Shown piece after piece: positions 48,324 through 48,868 of a stretch of 48,868 nucleotides of DNA. The number at the start of each line of letters is the position of its first letter. The stretch's first letter is position 1. The stretch lies in the NCBI GenBank assembly GCA_964588685.1, contig CAZPQG010000001.1, positions 76,869 through 125,736 of the forward strand, in the 5' to 3' direction. Below the pieces are notes generated by a model. It saw nothing but the letters and a program-made list of their open reading frames with translations. It ran no database searches and was not told where the DNA came from. Made by a program: the position numbers and the translations under genes. The DNA is from an uncultured Pseudomonadales bacterium (GTDB lineage: Bacteria; Patescibacteriota; Microgenomatia; UBA1400; PJMF01).

Positions 48324-48401
48324 ATCTTAATTTTTTAAATTTCTTTCGAACAAAATACTGCTTGTCCTCATTTTTACTCTTTCCATTAAAAAAGCGCTTT
48401 G

Positions 48402-48519
48402 TTCTGGCCTCGACCTATCTTCACACTCGGACTCCCGAGTATTATTGTCAGCGCTAAGGCGTTTCAAGACTCTGTTCGGAATGGAAAGAGTTGGTTCCAC
48501 CTTGCTCCAGAGACCAGAA
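48402..48519 (-). rRNA. rrf: 5S ribosomal RNA
   Basis: The minus strand reads TTCTGGTCTCTGGAGCAAGGTGGAACCAACTCTTTCCATTCCGAACAGAGTCTTGAAACGCCTTAGCGCTGA...GGTCGAGGCCAGAA. CCGAAC...GAAACGCC.TAGCGC is the universal 5S loop B-C region. The terminal helix is TTCTGG/CCAGAA, flanked by a longer processing stem (AAAGCGCTTTG / CAAAACGCTTT). Confidence 0.9.
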
Positions 48520-48659
48520 CAAAACGCTTTTTATTAAAGAAATTTATTATAATCCAAACGAACTCAACGCAAAGCGCTGTCAGAATGAAAATTATAATAA
48601 ATTCCACTCTCTAACAAGTGAAGAAAACAAGCTTCTATAATTCAATTAATTCAAAAATT

Positions 48660-48868
48660 AATTGTGTTCAATTGACAATTAGTACAGCTAAGCTTAGTAT
48701 TTTTCAATACTTACACCGGCTGCCTATCAACGTGGTGATCTCCCACGTGTCTAATAGAGATGATTAATCTTGGAGAAGGCTTCTCGCTTAGATGCTTCCA
48801 GCGATTATCCTATAGGAATGTAGCTACCCTGCGCTGCCCTTGACAGGGACAACAGGAACACTAGGGAT
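48660..48868 (-). rRNA. rrl: 23S ribosomal RNA, 3' end only (continues beyond the right edge); the 3' boundary is approximate
   Basis: The minus strand contains GCTGGAAGCATCTAAGCGAGAAGCC and GTTGATAGGCAGCCGGTGTAAG...GCTGTACTAAT. These match the conserved domain VI 3'-terminal sequences of bacterial 23S rRNA. Confidence 0.9.

Noticed and set aside
48399-48614. 71-aa ORF in the supplied track
   Set aside because: It lies on top of the 5S rRNA gene (minus strand, 48402-48519) and its processing stem. The sequence is explained by the rRNA, not by a protein.

Overview
This is a visibly AT-rich 48.9 kb chromosomal segment, densely packed with housekeeping and cell-envelope genes. I found no recognisable mobile element, CRISPR array or defence island.

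Main content, left to right:
- A partial GT2 glycosyltransferase.
- The hrcA-grpE-dnaK heat-shock operon, with a promoter-embedded CIRCE-like operator.
- A cohesin-like surface protein, an orphan acidic protein, a clan GH-A glycosidase and a GT4 transferase.
- A stand-alone 5'-3' exonuclease, ftsH, trpS and a Xer-type tyrosine recombinase.
- Two divergently oriented CAT-anticodon tRNAs; one looks like the initiator.
- groES-groEL with a second CIRCE-like operator.
- A tsaC-tsaE fusion followed by tsaD.
- An 875-aa lysine-rich transmembrane protein, then smpB and cmk.
- Two paralogous class A PBPs flanking pgeF and a three-gene membrane/kinase operon, followed by a GH18 protein.
- A pilN-pilO cluster with a doubly anchored FN3/Ig surface protein, then murJ.
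- An eroded metallophosphoesterase pseudogene, rpsT and lepA.
- A 5S rRNA and the 3' end of a 23S rRNA on the minus strand at the right edge.

Several traits resemble small-genome monoderm-like bacteria such as Patescibacteria/CPR. These are the gene content, lysine-rich N-terminal extensions, a separate 5'-3' exonuclease, type IV pilus parts, and peptidoglycan genes without LPS genes. That placement is inference only.

No clearly novel multi-gene system is demonstrable from sequence alone. The most unusual signals are non-coding:
- A roughly 62-66 nt hairpin element occurs in two copies, with identical flanks and compensatory stem changes (9917-9978 minus strand, 19982-20047 plus strand).
- Clustered TCTAWCTTA direct repeats lie in spacers that precede minus-strand genes.
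- There are short perfect tandem duplications, and SD-less genes with -10 boxes directly abutting the ATG.

Among protein-level oddities are:
- the TsaC-TsaE fusion;
- a TsaD insertion;
- a pilM-less pilNO cluster;
- a degenerate CPBP/kinase operon.
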